In this document: piece by piece, positions 61,774 through 64,000 of the stretch
Layout: the number at the start of each line of letters is the position of its first letter
How positions within the stretch are numbered: position 1 is the stretch's first letter
DNA from: Alphaproteobacteria bacterium
GTDB taxonomy: Bacteria; Pseudomonadota; Alphaproteobacteria; Rs-D84
NCBI GenBank assembly: GCA_017463185.1
Contig: JAFTPS010000014.1
Span: forward strand, 40,514 to 104,513
DNA length: 64,000 nt
Direction: 5' to 3'
Notes under the pieces: model-generated
What the model was told of the DNA's origin: nothing
Database searches by the model: none
The model's input: the letters and a program-made list of their open reading frames with translations, nothing else
Program-made: the position numbers and the translations under genes

Positions 61774-61779
61774 ACACTT

Positions 61780-62009
61780 GAATCCATAGGGATATGGGTT
61801 CGGGGCTGTAGCAAGCCTGTCTTATCCGGTGCGAAATCAGGTGCGTCGTTAATCCGATACACTGTCCATAATTTTGCATCGTTATTTATCCCTGACTTAA
61901 TAAGTCGGGGGGCTGTTCGCCATACAACAGGACTATTCCAAAAGCAACAGAATCAACGATAAGACGATTTGCTAACTCCCCGACCGTCATTCCTGTGGCG
62001 GTTATTTTT
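61780..62009 (+). ncRNA. Structured 5' leader or sRNA, R-class copy R2
   Basis: 5' module CCATAGGGATATGGGTTCGGGGC (61784..61806). Hairpin CCCTGACTT-aat-AAGTCGGGG (61890..61910). Conserved GCTGT..CATAnAACAGG block. Terminator GACCGTC-N8-GGCGGTT-ATTTTT (61982..62009), 20 nt before the ATG. Confidence 0.55.
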
Positions 62010-62028
62010 ATTATATTGGGGGGCCACA

Positions 62029-62727
62029 ATGAAGAAAATATTTATACCGCTATTATGCCTATCAACAATTGATGCAACGGCACACACAGAATTTACAAGA
62101 AAAGTTTCTGACATAAACTTTGCAATACGAAACCTGTGTACAGAAATGCAACTTTACGCCAATGAAAATAATTTAAGTATTATTGCTAACTCATCTAATA
62201 CTGAGTGGATTCCTTCTTCGCGTGAATTTAACTTAAACACCATTGATTGTAATAAGACCGAGCTTGCGGACCTTGTGTATCTAAACTTCGCATTTTCAAC
62301 CCTAATCCCAGAAGCAAAATCTGACAATACATCACCTGCAAAATCATCAACCAATCAATCAACCACAACAAATGATACAAACGATGAAATAATATATCTG
62401 GCTAAAAATTATTGCCGTTTATACAGAAATAGAGAAATCTCTTCAAAAACTGTTCAACAAGGATACAACAAAATAAAAACACAATATGCCGAATGCGAAA
62501 AAATAGACGACAAAAATTTACGTTGTGTTGAATCAACATTATTTTCAAACAAACAAAACCAAACACGAATGTATGGTAAATGTTGCTTGATACAAAACAA
62601 TGGAAAACAAAGCGACGGTGCTTACAGTATGTCTATGCCCCGCCACAGCCAACTTCATATGTTTAATAATTCAACACAAACAATGACACTTGATGATTTT
62701 GATACAAATTGCCAAAGCTTACGATAA
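62029..62727 (+). CDS. Secreted Asn/Thr-rich, Cys-containing protein (AT-rich gene)
   Basis: Start trimmed to MKKIFIPLLCLSTIDATA (GGGGGG RBS). 232 aa. No family recognised. Confidence 0.65.
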   Translation: MKKIFIPLLCLSTIDATAHTEFTRKVSDINFAIRNLCTEMQLYANENNLSIIANSSNTEWIPSSREFNLNTIDCNKTELADLVYLNFAFSTLIPEAKSDNTSPAKSSTNQSTTTNDTNDEIIYLAKNYCRLYRNREISSKTVQQGYNKIKTQYAECEKIDDKNLRCVESTLFSNKQNQTRMYGKCCLIQNNGKQSDGAYSMSMPRHSQLHMFNNSTQTMTLDDFDTNCQSLR

Positions 62728-62908
62728 GCCTCAGACCCTCCCCGTATTGCTCCGCAATCCACCCCTCCGACGGCGGGGGGGGATAGCACGCAGTGCCAGG
62801 AAAGGTTATTATTAAAATAAAAGATAATGATATAGATAAACGGGTTGGAAATAGCGTAGCGTACAGAAATAAGCCATTACCAACCCGCCTTAGATATGCC
62901 ATTAGATT

Positions 62909-63679
62909 TTATTTTAACTCTAACATTACCCCACAATGGTCCGTCGGCTTATCCGCCAATCGCGGTTCCAAATCAATTTCGCAATTCTTTACCATTGGTG
63001 CCGCTGTTTTATTACACAGGAAATAATCCAATCGCAGCCCCTGTTTATTGCCAACGGTATCACGCCCACGATACCCATACCATGTATAATCTATATCATC
63101 AGGATGCAACTTACGCCACGCATCTGTCCATCCCACCCCCAACCATTGATTCATTATATCGCGTGCGGCCGGTGCAGAAATTGCAATACCTTGATAATTT
63201 TTAGGATTCCAGATATCACGGTCTTCTATTGCGACATTAAAGTCCCCAGCAATAATAACAGGTTCTGGGCTGTCTATATATTGTGAAATATAATCGGTAA
63301 ACGCACGCATCCATTCCAATTTATACGGAAATTTTGGCGATTCCACCGTATCGCCATTTGGCATATACACATTTATCAATCGCACGCGCCCATCAACCAC
63401 ACATTCCAAGAATCGCGCATTTACATCCGCATAATTCGGCAGACCAAATACCGTATCTTCAATAGAATACTTTGAAAAAGTCGCCACCCCATTCCAGGAT
63501 TTTTGCCCAAAAACCTTGATATTATAACCAAACTCGTCAAACAACATATGTGGAAAATTTGCATTTTCAACTTTCAGTTCTTGAACCATAATTGTATCAT
63601 ATTCCCCCCGTCGCAGAATATCCATAAAACTTTCCACATGGGCACGAATAGAATTGATATTTAATGTAAGAATTTTCAT
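62909..63679 (-). CDS. xthA: Exodeoxyribonuclease III
   Basis: Start trimmed to MKILTLNINSIRAH. ..IMVQELK.., ..IIAGDFNV.., ..DHCGVMLEL. Confidence 0.9.
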   Translation of the reverse strand: MKILTLNINSIRAHVESFMDILRRGEYDTIMVQELKVENANFPHMLFDEFGYNIKVFGQKSWNGVATFSKYSIEDTVFGLPNYADVNARFLECVVDGRVRLINVYMPNGDTVESPKFPYKLEWMRAFTDYISQYIDSPEPVIIAGDFNVAIEDRDIWNPKNYQGIAISAPAARDIMNQWLGVGWTDAWRKLHPDDIDYTWYGYRGRDTVGNKQGLRLDYFLCNKTAAPMVKNCEIDLEPRLADKPTDHCGVMLELK

Positions 63680-63749
63680 ATTTGCTTTCCTTGTTTTAAT
63701 AAGTATAATATCCACAGTCCAATATAAAAACAACAAGGATTTTTATACT

Positions 63750-64000
63750 ATGAATATGTATCAATTATTGGAACGCGCCGCACAAACTTGGCCGGATAAT
63801 TTGTATCTGGTACGCGAAGGTGTTTCATATTCTAAATTTATTGAATTGGTACGCGCACGCGCCACATCATTGGATGCCCAAGGCATCAAAAAAGGTGACG
63901 TTATCGGTATTTTATCGCATAACATCCCAGAATTCCCAATCACACTGTTTGCTATTTGGTATCTGGGTGGTACGGTATTATTGCTGGACACAAACTTGAC
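63750..64000 (+). CDS. AMP-dependent synthetase/ligase (acyl-CoA synthetase family), 5' fragment running off the window
   Basis: MNMYQLLERAAQTWPDNLYLVREGVSYSKFIELVRARATSLDAQGIKKGDVIGILSHNIPEFPITLFAIWYLGGTVLLLD.. is typical of the N-terminus of adenylate-forming enzymes. Not in the ORF track because there is no stop in the window. Confidence 0.7.
   Translation, partial: MNMYQLLERAAQTWPDNLYLVREGVSYSKFIELVRARATSLDAQGIKKGDVIGILSHNIPEFPITLFAIWYLGGTVLLLDTNL

Noticed and set aside
61780-62009. The R2 RNA (and R1) as a two-piece alphaproteobacterial tmRNA, 6S RNA, RNase P RNA or SRP RNA.
   Set aside because: No tRNA-like acceptor/T-arm (GGTTCGAATCC-type). No plausible tag reading frame ending in a hydrophobic ..AA stop; the frames give ..NDKTIC* or ..QQNQR*. 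No GAGGAAAGTCC (RNase P) or SRP domain IV motif. Both copies sit directly between a promoter and a CDS with a terminator about 20 nt before the ATG, which fits a cis-leader better.

Overview
64-kb chromosomal window from a diderm bacterium. All coordinates were counted by hand and may be off by 1-2 nt. Alpha-type SspB, MucR/Ros, LpxI, an RHH-type small protein, LolC/LolD, Omp25-like barrels and a C-terminal J-domain protein suggest an alphaproteobacterium. The MITE load and eukaryote-like Cys-rich repeat proteins suggest it is host-associated; both points are inference. About 60 CDS are called. Housekeeping genes include recF, thrS, gltX, trmB, rarA, fabD, ftsK, secDF-yajC, mutL, greA, xerD, ftsQ/ftsA, lolCD and xthA. 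There is one tRNA-Cys, no rRNA, no CRISPR array and no transposase or integrase other than XerD. Interleaved with these are at least 10 signal-peptide, cysteine-rich or beta-barrel surface proteins. The strongest signals: (1) Five Cys-rich or OmpA-like surface genes are preceded by 200-290-nt structured leaders. Each has a promoter-proximal hairpin and mutually exclusive anti-antiterminator, antiterminator and terminator helices, with compensatory changes between copies. I do not recognise this RNA family. (2) A paralogous secreted family shares CxxGY..C repeats and a conserved C-terminal module ending CY[YW][TA][NE]. (3) A poly-G8 tract separates a 60-codon open Cys-rich extension from a 615-aa surface-protein gene. 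(4) Two single-ORF fusions are present, YbeY-Lnt and FtsA-Rpe. (5) A small operon pairs an HNH-like protein with a SUKH-like protein and an RHH protein. (6) A GIY-YIG gene is bracketed by two copies of a palindromic MITE. There are also nested MITEs, period-7 word arrays (one in frame in the mutL linker) and two families of near-identical palindromic terminators.
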